Below are positions 50,906 to 64,000 of a stretch of DNA of 64,000 nt, piece by piece; positions within the stretch are counted from its first letter, which is position 1; each line of letters starts with the position of its first letter. Position numbers and translations under genes: made by a program. Location: positions 104,036,001 to 104,100,000 of the forward strand of contig NC_043002.1 in the NCBI RefSeq assembly GCF_006345805.1, read 5' to 3'. This stretch comes from Octopus sinensis (taxonomy: Eukaryota). Under the pieces are notes generated by a model. It saw only the letters and a program-made list of their open reading frames with translations, made no database searches and was not told where the DNA came from.

Positions 50906-51871
50906 ACAGACAGACAGACAGACAGGCAAAAAGGCATTCATCGTATATCATGGTGTCAAGCTTTGGGCATTATTTTTGCTTTTAGTAGATGCCATATGAC
51001 CGATAAGGCGGGCAGGACGCCACGACATTGCAGGGTTACTCATCTATAGGTATGTAAACTGGAGCCAGGTGCGATGAAGTGATTTACTTAAGAGCATCGT
51101 AATCCCTAGGCCTCGCTCTGCCACATGTGTGTGTATATGTGTGTGGGGCGAACGCACGAATGTAAATGGAAATGATTGCCTAAACGAATGGTGACATTTA
51201 GCCGGAATAATATTCAGTTCCCTTCGAAAAATAAACAAAAAATAAACGTCTGTATGTCGCTCGGTTTACGTAGATAATTGAAGGTTAGAACTTGTATGGT
51301 TACGTAATCTCTACCAACTAAATTTACAATAAATCTTAATATAGAAAAAAATAAATGGTCGGTTATAAATTATTAACTAATGTCGCTGTAAAAGTCTGAA
51401 ATATAGATAAAGAAAAAGTCTGAAATATATATATTCGGGTATGTGAAGTGTTTATGAAAAGTTTTTTTATTGCTTCTAAAAGACGTAGGTTTGGTTAATT
51501 AACTGAGCAGGTGACTATGGTTGACAAGGGTCTGCAGGTGGAACTTTCAGCAAGCAAAACTATTCGCTGCCACACGTAGTCGAAATGTGTGGGCCAAGTG
51601 ATGTAACGCTTGTGTTCTTGAGATGGATGATGATGATGTTGATGATGATGATGATGATGATGATGACTACGACGACGATGATGATGACGATGACGACGAT
51701 GATGATGATCATGATGATCATGATGATCATGATGCTGAAGGGATTTTGGAATGCGTTCAGCAGATGAGAACCTAGGTAACATCTGACTAGGTACTGTAGT
51801 TTAGTTTCTGCGTCGATCAAGCACGTCTGCTGTATATTTCCCCGGTAACCTCATGAGTACAAATAGATATA

Positions 51872-52105
51872 TATTTCTTTATTGCCCACAAGGGGCTAAA
51901 CATAGAGGGGACAAACAAGAATAGACAAAGGGTTTAAGTTGATTACATCAACCCCAGTGCGAAACTGGTACTTTATTTATCGACCCCGAAAGGATGAAAG
52001 GCAAAGACGACCTCGGCGGAATTTGAACTCAGAACGTAACGGCAGACGAAATACGGCTACGCATTTCGCCCGGCGTGCTAACGTTTCTGCAAGCTCGCCG
52101 CCTTA
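51872..52105 (-). mobile_element. SINE family 3 with target-site duplication
   Basis: Colinear with the other copies; TACAAATAGATAT at 51858-51870 and 52109-52121. Confidence 0.93.
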
Positions 52106-53124
52106 GAATACAAATAGATATCGCTTTGCTGTGAGAGGACTAAGGGTATTGGAGGAATAGTTCATGATTAGACGAAATGAAGACATAACGGAGGGCTAGT
52201 AGGAAGCAATTCCCAAAGCCTTGTGACTTTACCGTAAGTTTCAATAATTCTCTGTATATCCTTTGGAATAGAAATTGTATTCTAGGCTATGCAGTGGTAG
52301 AGGACCGATATCTCTGTAAGAGAGATACATGAGAACATGTGTTACATTATATATATTGCTGTAAAAATGAGTAGCCAGCTCAGCTGAATGATTTCTGTTG
52401 AAATTAGCTGATAGATATATTAACGAGAGTTACTCACAACTCATCATTTTATTTCACAAACCGGAAGTACGGTGAATAAGTAGAATCGTGGACAGAAATG
52501 GCATTTCTTCCAGTTTCAACATCTACCTATGTTGACTTCTCCATGTTAACTAAAGATGCGATGAATCACTAGGGTCGTTGAAGTTGGATATCTTCTGCTC
52601 CATGGGAGTTTTAGGTCTTGTAACTAAAGCAGAAAGAAATGTTTACTAAATCGGTAATTGATGTGCACAATGAGATTCCATTATTTAGTTATTTTAATTT
52701 CTGTCCGTTTAATTCTAATTAAACAAATTAATTGAGATTTACTTGGCTTAAAAGTGAACTAAATATTATCAATTTCTGATTAATTATTAATTATATTTCT
52801 TTTGTAATTAATCTATTCATAATTTCTATCATGATTGATGACGATAGTGATGCTGATGATGTCGACGACAAGAAGATCAAGGACAACAATCGCAAATATA
52901 ACACCGATCATATAGCTAACAACAACAAGAGCAACACCAATACAAATCGAATATTCCATTCGCCAATGATATACGACTGAATCAGACGAAAGCATTGAAG
53001 AACACATGTGGGTGGGTTTCTATATAAATGACGTAGATTTCGTCAAATATATGGTTCAGCGTAAATATGAAGGATGAGAGCCAACGCCAAACTAATACAG
53101 GATCACCTTGTAGTTGTTTTCTTT

Positions 53125-53859
53125 TTTTTTTTCTTCTTCTTCGTCTCTTCTTCTTCTTCTTCTTCTTCTTCTTCTCTTCTTCTTCTTCTTCTTCTTCTTC
53201 TTCTACTCCTTCTCCTTCTTCTTCTTCTTCTTCTACTTCTCCTTCTACTCCTTCTACTTCTTCTACTCCTTCTACTTCTTCTACTCCTTCTACTTCTTCT
53301 ACTTCTCCTTCTTCTTCTACTTCTTCTTCTACTCCTTCTACTTCTTCTACTCCTTCTACTTCTTCTACTCCTTCTACTTCTTCTTCTTCTCTTCTTCTTC
53401 TTCTTCTTCTTCTACTTCTCCTCCTTCTACTTCTTCTCTTCTTCTTCTTCTACTTCTACTTCTTCTGCTTCTTCTTCTACTTCTACTTCTGCTTCTTCTT
53501 CTTCTTCTACTCCTTCTTCTACTCCTTCTTCTTCTTCTTCTTCTTCTTCTTCTTCTACTTCTTCTTCTTCTTCTTCTTCTATTTCTACTTCTTCTTCTTC
53601 TACTTCTACTTCTTCTTCTTCTTCTTCTACTTCTACTTCTACTTCTACTTCTTCTTCTACTCTACTTCTTCTTCTATTTCTACTTCTACTTCTTCTTCTT
53701 CTACTTCTTCTACTTCTACTTCTACTTCTTCTACTTCTTCTACTTCTTCTACTTCTACTTCTACTTCTTCTTCTTCTCCTTCTTCTTCTTCTTCTCCTTC
53801 TTCTTCTTCTTCTCCTTCTTCTTCTTCTTCTTCTTCTTCTTCTTCTACTACTACTACTA

Positions 53860-53903
<44 letters not shown>

Positions 53904-53950
53904 CTACTTCTTCTTCTTCTCCTTCTTCTTCTTCTTCTCCTTCTTCTTCT
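53125..53950. repeat. compound (CTT)/(CTA)/(CTC) microsatellite with an 18-bp higher-order unit
   Basis: CTACTCCTTCTACTTCTT is repeated several times at ~53223-53380. It explains the 312-350 aa low-complexity ORFs. Confidence 0.95.
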
Positions 53951-54050
53951 ATTTATTACTTTCTCCATCATATCCTTTTTCTTTTCTTTGTTATTTTTCG
54001 AGCACCTTCCGGAGTATTCGAGCGGTTCCAAGCAGTGCTGTTTTATTATT

Positions 54051-54262
54051 AGGGCGGCGAACAGGCAGAATTCTTAGTAGGCCAGGCCATATGCCTAGTG
54101 CCATTTTATTCGTCTTCTCGTTCTGAGATTTAATTCCACCGAGTTTGTCTTTTATCCTTTCGGGATCGATAGAGTAAGTAACAGTTCAGAACAGGGATTG
54201 ATGTAATCGACTATTGCCCCTCCCCTCAAAAAGTTTCAGGCCTTGTGCATATCGTAGAAAGG
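54051..54262 (+). mobile_element. diverged family-3-like SINE
   Basis: AGGGCGGCGAACAGGCAGAATT...TTATCCTTTCGGGATCGATA...GATGTAATCGACT. Confidence 0.65.
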
Positions 54263-54394
54263 ATTGTCCTTATTATTGCTTTTGGTGATTTTATACTATT
54301 ACTAATAATATTAATGGCAAATCAATAATGACGATGACGACGACGATGTTGTCGGGGATAATGATGACAATAATGCCCCACAACAATAACAACA

Positions 54395-54437
<43 letters not shown>

Positions 54438-54685
54438 GAAGAAGAAGAAGAAGAAGAAGAAGAAGAAGAAGAAGAAGAAGAAGAAGAAGAAGAAGGAAGA
54501 GAAGAAGGTGAAGAAGGAAGAAGAAGAAGAGCAGAAGAAGAAGAAGAAGAAGAAGGAAGAAGAAGAAGAAGAAGGAAGAAGAAGAAAGAAGAAAAGAAGG
54601 AAGAAGAAGAAGAAGACGAAAGAAGAAGAAGAAGAAGAAGAAGAAGAAGAAGAAGAAGAAGAAGAAGAAGAAGAAGAAGAAGAAG
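54395..54685. repeat. (ATT)n followed by (AAG)n microsatellite
   Basis: Directly visible. Confidence 0.97.
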
Positions 54686-55104
54686 CATTTAGATGTGGAT
54701 GCTAATTTAATCGATCACTTTCATAATAACCAGTCGTAATGGACGATAAAATAACGTTTAATTGTAACCACTCTCCGAAGAAATATAAATGGCGCTATGA
54801 AATCTTTTCTCATAACCTCACAAGGTTTGGGAATTGGTCGTATTTATTTTATTTCATTTTATTGTAATTAATACTTTTTTGTGTGTTTTAATAGTATTTC
54901 TAATTATATGTTTTTCTGTCATTTTATTTTCGAAATATTTCGTTTTCCTTATGTTCGTCTCATTGTTCTTATAAAAATTTTGGATATCATAAAATATAAA
55001 ACATTCATGTGTGGGTAGATGTGTAAAGGTTCATGGCCTAATCGACAATGGGTCGTGTTGGTTCCACGCTCAAGAGGTCAAAGGTTCAATTCCTCAATGA
55101 AGGT

Positions 55105-55230
55105 GAGTGGCCTGGATGATAGCACATTCTCTTCACGATGGCAAGATCACGGTTTCTTATTCCTGGCCGTGCGGTGCATTGTTTGATCTAAACGCTTCAT
55201 TTAAAATCGCTTCCCTCCAGAATACTGCAA
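55105..55230 (+). mobile_element. old tRNA-derived SINE head
   Basis: GTGGCCTGGATGATAGC...CAAGATCACGGTTTCTTATTCCTGG: A/B-box-like spacing, degenerate. Confidence 0.4.
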
Positions 55231-55699
55231 ATAGCACTGTAAAGGACTGGTGTTCTGCTCAAGGGTCCTTCTGTGACAAAAATCACCCATAACCCACCCA
55301 GTGTTAGAGGTGAAGTCAATACTATCCAAGGTATATTATTTACTTTTATTTTCCATTTCTTCATCGGTCAGCAAGTTGTGTCCCTGACCATGACACACTT
55401 CTTCGCTTTGCTTTGATCTATTCGATTCAAAGTGAGTGACATTCGATTACTAGCGCAAATTTTCCTCCCACGTCAGCCGTCAAATCATTTCTGTCACGCT
55501 GCGTGAAGGACAGCATATCCCAAGTAACGTCATTATCGACTGCAACATTATAAGCCAGTGCGATGTATAAACATTCGTAAGAAACCGGTCACACAAAACA
55601 TTCTTCGAGAATTAAAACTAATATCAAGTAGAATAGATATCAATGCTGAATGGCAGATTGCGGTTAGCGTCTCACCTTTGCTAGTTTCAGGCATTGCAC

Positions 55700-55960
55700 A
55701 ACAATCATGCTGGAGCACGGCCTTGGAACATTTACTTGGAAGAAATCCAATTCCATAAATTAGGTGTCAGAAACAAAGTAGCATCAGGCGATGGGACCGC
55801 ACGCACGCACACACACACACACAGAAACATACAAACATCTGCCACATTCATTCATAAAGCAATGGGCCGCCCATTTCTATAGTAGTAGAGACACTTGCCG
55901 AAGATACCGCACCTATGGTTGTGAAGCGAGGTTGTGAACCACACATACATGACTGCGTCT
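55700..55960 (-). mobile_element. old family-1-like SINE
   Basis: CATGCTGGAGCACGGCC...CTATAGTAGTAGAGACACTTGCCGAAG resembles family 1. Confidence 0.5.
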
Positions 55961-56682
55961 GCAATTTAACGTGTTTTATTAACAGATGGTTTTTTCCAGC
56001 TTCATATTATTGTCATTTTTGTTGCTCTTTTATTCTAAAGGTTAAGATACACTGTCAATGACAGAACATATAAGAATGGAGATCAACCCTGCTCTGACAA
56101 TAAATCTTTGCGCAAGAATATAATGAATTACCGAAATTCAAAAATCCGTCATCCGTAGTGATTACAATAGGTTGTAACTTCAAAATAGTATTAAGTTGTA
56201 ACGTCAAAACAAATACACATATTAAATCAATCCACCAAGTTTTAGTTACTACAATCAACTCCAAACACAGAAAATACATTCTTCGAAAATTTGTTTCTAA
56301 TTTCAGAAAGTGATTTCTTAAAATCATTTCAACGAATCGTCATTCAAACGTAATTTCTGGTACGAAGTGGTCTCAAACGAATTTTGTTCTAAACATTCAA
56401 ACACAAATAGAAAACCTCATAACGATCAGCTACGTGGTTTAAAATGCGGCTCTCACGAAAAATCAGTACGACCATATGTGAAACATTCACAAATCCCATT
56501 CTCTGTAATATGACACTGAAATAATTAGAAAAAACACGTCGGCCAAGTGGGCTGCTAGAATCTGTCTCCAAATGTTGGTGTCGTAACTCATCAGCGATTA
56601 AAGTTGATCAGTAAACGATCAAGGATGAGAACATAGTAAGAAAAATTTACCTGACAAAATCAGCAGCGAAACATCGCAAAAG

Positions 56683-57213
56683 TACGAGGGTGAGTTAAAA
56701 AGTAATGCTATTTTGTTTAGGACAGGTATAATTACCAACATAGGAACATGTCTCATACATCGAAATGAAGCTGGTCCTCTGTGGATCACATCCCTTCTTC
56801 TCAACATAGTCACCGTTTCTCTCAGTAGCAATGTTCCACATTCGAATGAGAGCATATATTCCTGCCCCGTAAAATTCCGTTGACTGTTCTTTAAGCCACT
56901 TGTTCACTACAGTTTTCACTTCCTCGTCGCTGGAATAATGTTTGCTTCTCAAAGTCCGAAGGCGCTAAATCTGGTGGGTTTGGAGGTAGTGAAAAAGTGT
57001 CTCAAAGAACGGTCAACAGAATTTTACGTGACAGGGATACATGCTTTCATTCGAAGGTGGAACATCGCTATTGAGAAAAATGATCCAAGTGTTGAGAAGT
57101 AGGGATGTAATCCACAGAGGACCAGCTTCATTTTGATGTATGATACATGTTACTGTATTGGCAATTATACATGTCCTAAACAAAATGGCGTTACTTTTTG
57201 ACTCACCCTCGTA
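56683..57213. mobile_element. fold-back mariner derivative made of two transposase 3' ends
   Basis: Ends TACGAGGGTGAGTTAAAAAGTAA / TTACTTTTTGACTCACCCTCGTA. The ~230-bp arms are diverged inverted copies. The left arm encodes (minus) YSSDEEVKTVVNKWLKEQSTEFYGAGIYALIRMWNIATERNGDYVEK. Confidence 0.9.
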
Positions 57214-59157
57214 GTCGAGTCGTTATCTTTCATTTCTTTCTTGACAGTTTCATAAATTAGACGTCCATTCTCATTGCAAATAGTTTTCTATGTCAATGGA
57301 AACATAATCTGCTTCTTTTATTTTGAGAGAATTTTCGCAGAATTCCTCAAATATGTTGTACTTTATATATTTTTCCAGTCAAACAGACTACTACTGATTT
57401 CTCCTCAGATTTATCCGTTCCGCCATTTTAACAACATTCGTGAAACCAAATAACGACGGGTTGTCATACAGAAAAAAGAGATTTTTACTGGCAATGTCAA
57501 TTGTAATCTCTCAAATATCTCGATATACTACAAGCGAAAAGCTTGTGAAGAAATTTCTTTGGGAATGAAGAGCTTCATACATAAATAGTGGTTATTATAT
57601 TTATAATAATATTATATTTTAATGATAATAAGTATATTTATCGAATATTTTAAATTCTACTCTTTTACATTTACGCAGTACACAGACACGGAGTAGAGAA
57701 AATGTCAGCAAAGATTACGCGTCTAAAGCTGCAAATACAAATAAAACATACGACAGCAACTGTTGTAATGACGTCAGCAGCTAATTCATTTGTATGTATT
57801 AATTTCTTTGTCTAATTATTTTTATAAAAAGTGGTACAATTAACGTAACTTGCATTGTAAATCACGACTTTCAATAAGTTATGAATCCGGTTGCTATAAT
57901 TAAAAGGAATGATTTAAAAGATCTGAAGCACATAGACATAACATATCTACAGCCAACATTCGCGTTCCATCCTCTTTCACTCATAAATATGTCTATTAGG
58001 AAATTCAGATGGGTTGTACTCATTTTCTACCACCATGGCCTCATCATCAATTATTTAACCTCCGTTTTCTGTGCCAGCATAACTTAAACAGTTCGGCATG
58101 AATTGGTGATCAAGAAGAATGCATCATATGACAATGTTGCTTTTGACATGGTTTCTATGATCTGAGGCTTTTCCTAATTTTGGCCACCCTACAGAATAAT
58201 CTGGGTGTTATCTACGTGGCTCTAGTACCACTCAGCACACAAAATGTCATATTTTTTATATATATCAGTTTTAAACTGTTAAAACATGTTATAAAACATT
58301 ATGTACAAAGATATTTAGCAAATATGGATAGAGTATAACGTATTTATGTATCGTAAATGAATATTTGTTTAGATTTATCGAGATTTGTTTAGATTTATCG
58401 AGCTGACACATTACCTATTTATTGGAGAAATAACTAGCAAAAAGTTCATGTTAAATGCTCATAAATAAATCAATGCTTATATTTTGCATGTAATTTCATT
58501 TCAATAAACAAATAATTTCCTGAAAAGTAAGATTTCCTCTCTATAATTGTCCACACTATTTGCCGAAATAGCCAATATGTTAATAACCTACGAAAATACA
58601 TCAGTCGGAAAAAGGATATCATTATGAATTTATAATGAATCATCAGCTTGTTTTTAAAAATCGGTCAGTAATGTGAGATATATTTTAGTGAAATAATCAA
58701 TTGAAATAAAATAGTGTGTATCTAGTTACGTATTTGACTCTGAAGGTATAATTTGTATTTAGTTTATTTACTTTAAGCTTTGTGCAAAAATGAGGTTCGC
58801 AAAATTCATTTCGGACAACAGGTTTTCAATGTATGCTAGTTCAAGACGCCATATTTTCTAACTACACTTAGTAACTGATACTACTGACACCTATCGGATT
58901 CTCAAATAACTTTCCCTCGTGATGTATATTTATTATTTGTGGGTTAACGAGATAACCAATGGTTTCATGCGATGGGATTTTCACAATTTTTTCAAACGTG
59001 ACACACAGAAGTGTTGGTACTCGTCACATGCAGACGAGTAACAATAAACCATGAAATCATCGGTTATGTTCTGAACTCATTGCTAAAGTACATGTACGTA
59101 TATATATCTATGTGTGTGTATGTGTATGTATATATACATACATATATATATGGTGAG

Positions 59158-59312
59158 AATTTACAAAATACAAAAGACGAAGATAGGTGTGTAAATAAAA
59201 AACTGATGTATTAGTGTAACGCTCTGGAAGGGAGGAAGTCTTTTACGTTTCGAGCCTAGGCTCTTCGACAGAAAAGGAACACAGAAAGAATCAGGGAGAG
59301 AAAATAGAAGTG
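59158..59312 (-). mobile_element. solo PLE terminal-repeat fragment with a hammerhead-like motif (59239-59275)
   Basis: Minus strand UUUU CUGUCGA A GAGC-CUAG-GCUC GAAA CGU A AAAG AC; same family as 50735. Confidence 0.75.
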
Positions 59313-60147
59313 TGTGTATGTGTGTGTGTTGATGCGAATATATCCATCTTCGCAAAAAGTAACAGATTGTGACATGGGTGTAAAATCGATCGGCACCTTC
59401 TCCATACTATTCCACGCCAAGCAACTGCCGTTGGACATTCCAGCTAGATTCCGAAGTATGCCAAAATGTGAGTAATGATTTATCCAGCCGAAAAAATAAT
59501 ACAGCAAAAACATTCAGCGTTCGAGCCTGACTTTTGTATGTGATGTATTTTATCTGTAACTATTTCGATCATTGGGTTACGGTCAATTTGGGACAGCACT
59601 TCGAAGTATCTTGGTCTGCAGGCCTTATGTCGGATTTAAAATGTGGAGTTTATTCCATCGGTTTTTTATTGCTGAACTGCGAAGTTAAGGAGGCATAAGC
59701 AGCTCAGCACTGATAGCTAGGTGGTGTGAGGGTATATACATTGGCATATTGAAAAACACATGCACACGCACACATATACACACACATATCACTTCCGCTT
59801 GTACGTTACCATTGATGCTGTTACACTTGTACAGATTCTCTTTCTTTATCTCACATTTTTCAACGAGGCATTTGAAATATGTTGCCGTCAGTTGTGCTTC
59901 TTACGTGAATCAGGCTCTTGTTGGATTTCAGAGTATAGACGGTCCATATGACTTTCGGAAACTTCTTCATTGTCTTTGGACAAGACGTTGCAAAACCAGA
60001 CGTTATTGCTATATCTTGTCCTGAATCAAGATTGTGAGCATAAAACTTTTGGCGTAATGCAATAAGTCCTTGTTCGGCTTTTATCAAAGATTCGGTTACC
60101 AAATATTGGTGCAAATGATTCCAAGAAATTATTTTGTACTATAGACA

Positions 60148-60440
60148 CAAGGCCCGAAATTTTGGAGAGGGGGCCAGTCGATTACATCAACCCCCGTACG
60201 CAAATGGTACATTATTTATCGACCGTGAATGGATGAAAGGCAAATTCGATCTCGCCAGAATTTGAATTCGTAAAGACAGACCTGATACATATTTCATTAC
60301 TACCCACAAAGGGCTAAACACAGAGAGGACATACAAGGACAGACAATCAAATTAAGTCAATTTTATCGACCCCAGTGGGTAACTGGTACTTATTTAATCG
60401 ACCTCGAAAGGATGAAAGGCAAAGTCGACCTTGACGGAAT
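60148..60440 (-). mobile_element. two adjacent family-3-like SINE fragments
   Basis: 60148-60280 and 60290-60440 both contain TTTA(T/A)TCGACC...GGATGAAAGGCAAA. Confidence 0.7.
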
Positions 60441-61368
60441 AATGTTGCCAAGATATTACTGGAATACATTTCTGCTTATCATTCCCGATCTCCTGCTGTT
60501 AAGAACAGTCTTACTTCTTGCAAAATACCCAGTAGCTTTCCTGTTGCATTTAAGAAATCTTTGTGTCACGCAATATGTTTACATCAAGACTTTCCCATTA
60601 TTATTACATTGTACAATGACAAGAATTGGAAGCAATAATCAGGACGGCTGAGGACAAATGTTGACCAGAGGAACAACACAGTTGCTCTCCTTTTCATCTG
60701 AAAAGTCTTTGAATGCATTCAGCAAGCTGTCAATATTTTATTGCTAGTTTAATAAGCAGCCCGTGAAAACAATACATCGTCAGCACATTTGAAGGCCCAG
60801 GTTACGTATGGATTACAGTACTTCCGTACGCATTTTATTTTACATACATTGCATTTAATATTGTGTATTGATAGAGGAAAGCTTTGAGGTGTTCAACTTT
60901 AAATTACATATAATTTTCGTCCGAAAACCTTGATGGAGCGTTTATTGATCTTGTATCTACAGAAAGGTTTATTCGGCGTTATGTTTTCTATCGTGTGCGT
61001 AGCCAGTAAGTATTGGTATATGTGTTATCTGCGTATACCCCCCCCCCCCACACACACACACATTATAGTATATCATAAGAGGCATAATATAATCACCCTA
61101 GATATTTTCTCCAAGACGGCAACCAATCCTCCGGATATATCTAATTTGACATTTCAATATTTCACCTTATCTCGCCTCATGTTACTTATTTCAGCATATT
61201 TATCGACACCTACACAACATTCTTCGAAAAGGACACAAAGCATTTTATCTAGAATTCACAAAGTCAATTAACCCGAATGCCACCTGATTCGGAATGGATT
61301 CTGCTGGTTCATAAATGTGAATTCTACGTATATCCCATGAATAGAACGAATGTTTGCTATATATATAT

Positions 61369-61420
<52 letters not shown>

Positions 61421-62460
61421 TGAGAGAGATACATACATACATACATAAGTGTGTGTGTGTGTGCATAATAAAAATGATAATAATAAAACTATTTTGGGTC
61501 TATCTCCACTATTTTTGTCTCATTTTCTATTTGAAGAATTTGGTAATTAACCATCCAGAATTTGGTCCAGAAAAACATTCCTTGTCCCTTTGTATGAGGC
61601 ACTATTGATTAGTGTGAATTCCATTTTAATTTAGTTGAAGATTTTTTTTATCTGATCTTCAAATAGATCTGACGGCGTTTCTTCTATTCTTCCGGGATTC
61701 GAGTTTAAAAATAGTTATATTCAATAACTATATTCGTTATGAATTCTATGAAAACCAAATTACCAAATCATTTGCAGATTTGAACCCCCTACCCCAAAAC
61801 AGAAATATACAAATTGAAAATATTAAAAAAATATTACAAGTAAAATTTATAAAGAATTAGAAGTAGAAAAGCTGTTACGAAAATAAAAATATAATTGTGT
61901 TAATTACATTATTTTTTACATCAAATTTTATTTTATTTTAAATTCTTTTCTCAAATTTAGCACACATTTTTCTTTTCTTTCTTTCTATGATTTGTCTCTT
62001 TGTGGAAATTTTCAACTATTCTGCAGAGTGGTTTCATGATAAGTTTGTAGCTGTTGAATAAAATTAATGCCCCAAACACGTATTTCACTTGCAGATGTGC
62101 ACGTTTGAAATTTTTCAATGTTTTATTCCAAAATCTGATTTATTAATTAAACATGTTTCCTTGGATTTATAAAGCCAAAGAACAATATAAAATTTAGCAT
62201 TATTTGCCAATGATTTAAATAAAATGAAAACCGAAGCAACGTTCGGCAACAATTTGCTAGAAATGGCTGTGAGATTATATTTTCTTCATGCCAAATAACA
62301 TGAAGGACGATGAAGAAATATAAAGTTGGTTATATCTGAGAAGTTTGGCGTCTGACATCTAGCCGACATTCCAGTAAATAAGGGTTTTCTCGGATAACAA
62401 TAAATTAATGAATTCTAAGCTTGCCTTTGAAATTATGAACCGAAGTCGTTTCGATACTTT

Positions 62461-62660
62461 GGTAATTTGACTACGGCCATGCTGGGGTAACGCCTCGAAG
62501 GGTTTTAGTGAAAGAAATCGACTTCAGAACATTATTTTAATTAAGCCATGTAATTATTCTTTCGGTCGCTTATGCCGTAGCGGTGGACACGAAAACGTAA
62601 ACACACCACCACTTGTTGTCAAGCAGTGATGGGAGACAAACATAGGCACAAAGACACACG
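62461..62660 (-). mobile_element. diverged family-1 SINE 3' half
   Basis: TTTGACTACGGCCATGCTGG...GTAAACACACCACC..TTGTCAAGC. Confidence 0.6.
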
Positions 62661-62667
62661 CATAGAT

Positions 62668-62704
<37 letters not shown>

Positions 62705-62784
62705 AACACACACAAAGATATATATCTATGTGTGTGTGTGTGTTTGTATGTGAGTGTATGTGCGTTTGTATGTGTGTGTGTGTA

Positions 62785-62915
62785 TAAGAGGCCGATAACA
62801 GAAGTACTAGGCTTTAGAAATAATAGGAAAACCTAGGTCGTGCGAGCGATTTGTTCCAGTAAATCCCTTCAATGTGCTGCTTCAGTATGTCCTCAATCAA
62901 ATAAGTGAAACAAAT
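62785..62915 (+). mobile_element. diverged family-1-like SINE tail fragment
   Basis: CCGATAACAGAAGTACTAGGCTT...GTGCTGCTTCAGTATG..GTGAAACAAATAAAA. Confidence 0.4.
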
Positions 62916-63214
62916 AAAAAGGTGAGGGATAAAAAAATATATGCACATATACGTAGTAATTATAACGGATCAAACGCATGTTTGTTCTGATAGAAGCATG
63001 AAACGAAAATATATCGTAGGGTCAGAGTGATGAACTGAGCATTTCCAAATCTTAAGCGACGTCGGTTCGTTCGAAAAAGGCAAGCGTAGCAAAAGATTAG
63101 TATAGTATAATTATGCGGAGAAAAACGCATGCAGTTACACTCGTTCACAGACATACAAATGCACACTGGTACAAATCGTACGAACATACATATATCGAGG
63201 GATACACATGTCCA

Positions 63215-63219
63215 TATGA

Positions 63220-63300
<81 letters not shown>

Positions 63301-63303
63301 TAT

Positions 63304-63401
<98 letters not shown>

Positions 63402-63447
63402 CATACGAACATGTAGCTATATATATATAATTACATATACAAAAATG

Positions 63448-63478
<31 letters not shown>

Positions 63479-63498
63479 GCATATATATATATATATAG

Positions 63499-63538
<40 letters not shown>

Positions 63539-63545
63539 TATATAT

Positions 63546-63615
<70 letters not shown>
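63215..63615. repeat. long (TA)n-rich microsatellite
   Basis: Directly visible. Confidence 0.95.
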
Positions 63616-64000
63616 GCACGATACACGCACGAGTATGTGTGCAGTTGTACGTAAGTGCTTCCTGAGTGATTTTGTGAATTTACCTTCATATATTATTCCA
63701 GATGTTCTCGTTTCTGTGACTCTCTTCTTTTTTCTCTTCCGCATACGCTCACACACACACACACACACGGAGAGATACATCATACACACGTCACACATAC
63801 AGGCACACACACGTATATATGCATGCACACACACCTCTGTAAACTCTGTTTGATGATGGACAACGTAGAGCCGCAGGTAAAACCATTACACGCACTAATA
63901 GCCATTACCATTCCTTGTCCGATCATTGCCTGTTTCCTGGCGATAGAATTTCATAATTCACCTAGCACTGGCTTCCACAACCTTACAGATTAATGGCAAA

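Noticed and set aside
50975-51049. Exon-like segment with strong acceptor and ATAG|GTATGT donor
   Set aside because: All three frames contain a stop. It could be a non-coding exon, but there is no further support.
52286-52315. 30-nt micro-exon candidate GYAVVEDRYL
   Set aside because: Too short to distinguish from chance; the neighbouring donor at 52234 is out of phase.
53067-54126. Long ORFs of 312-350 aa and other poly-I/Y/L/S/H ORFs in the track
   Set aside because: They are translations of stop-free microsatellites.

Overview
AT-rich, microsatellite-dense eukaryotic DNA, probably intronic or intergenic. The tRNA-derived SINE families look like those I know from Octopus genomes; this is recognition from memory, not a database result. 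No host gene can be named, and only a few isolated candidate exons were seen. The window is dominated by mobile-element debris: three SINE families, several restriction-like-endonuclease (R4/Dong-type) LINE 3' ends in (AAT)n tracts, mariner remnants and MITEs, two Helitron pieces, and Penelope-like elements (PLEs). The most interesting structure is at 39454-42124. A 546-bp unit is repeated about 4.2 times in tandem and preceded by an inverted partial copy. Each full unit carries a foldable type I hammerhead ribozyme (CUGAUGA...GAAA...GUU, palindromic stem III), the layout expected of a retrozyme-like, circular-RNA-producing element. It abuts a long, apparently young Penelope element (RT + GIY-YIG). 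That element's terminal repeat and three other PLE termini carry a minimal hammerhead-like motif with a consistent A6-to-U core change.
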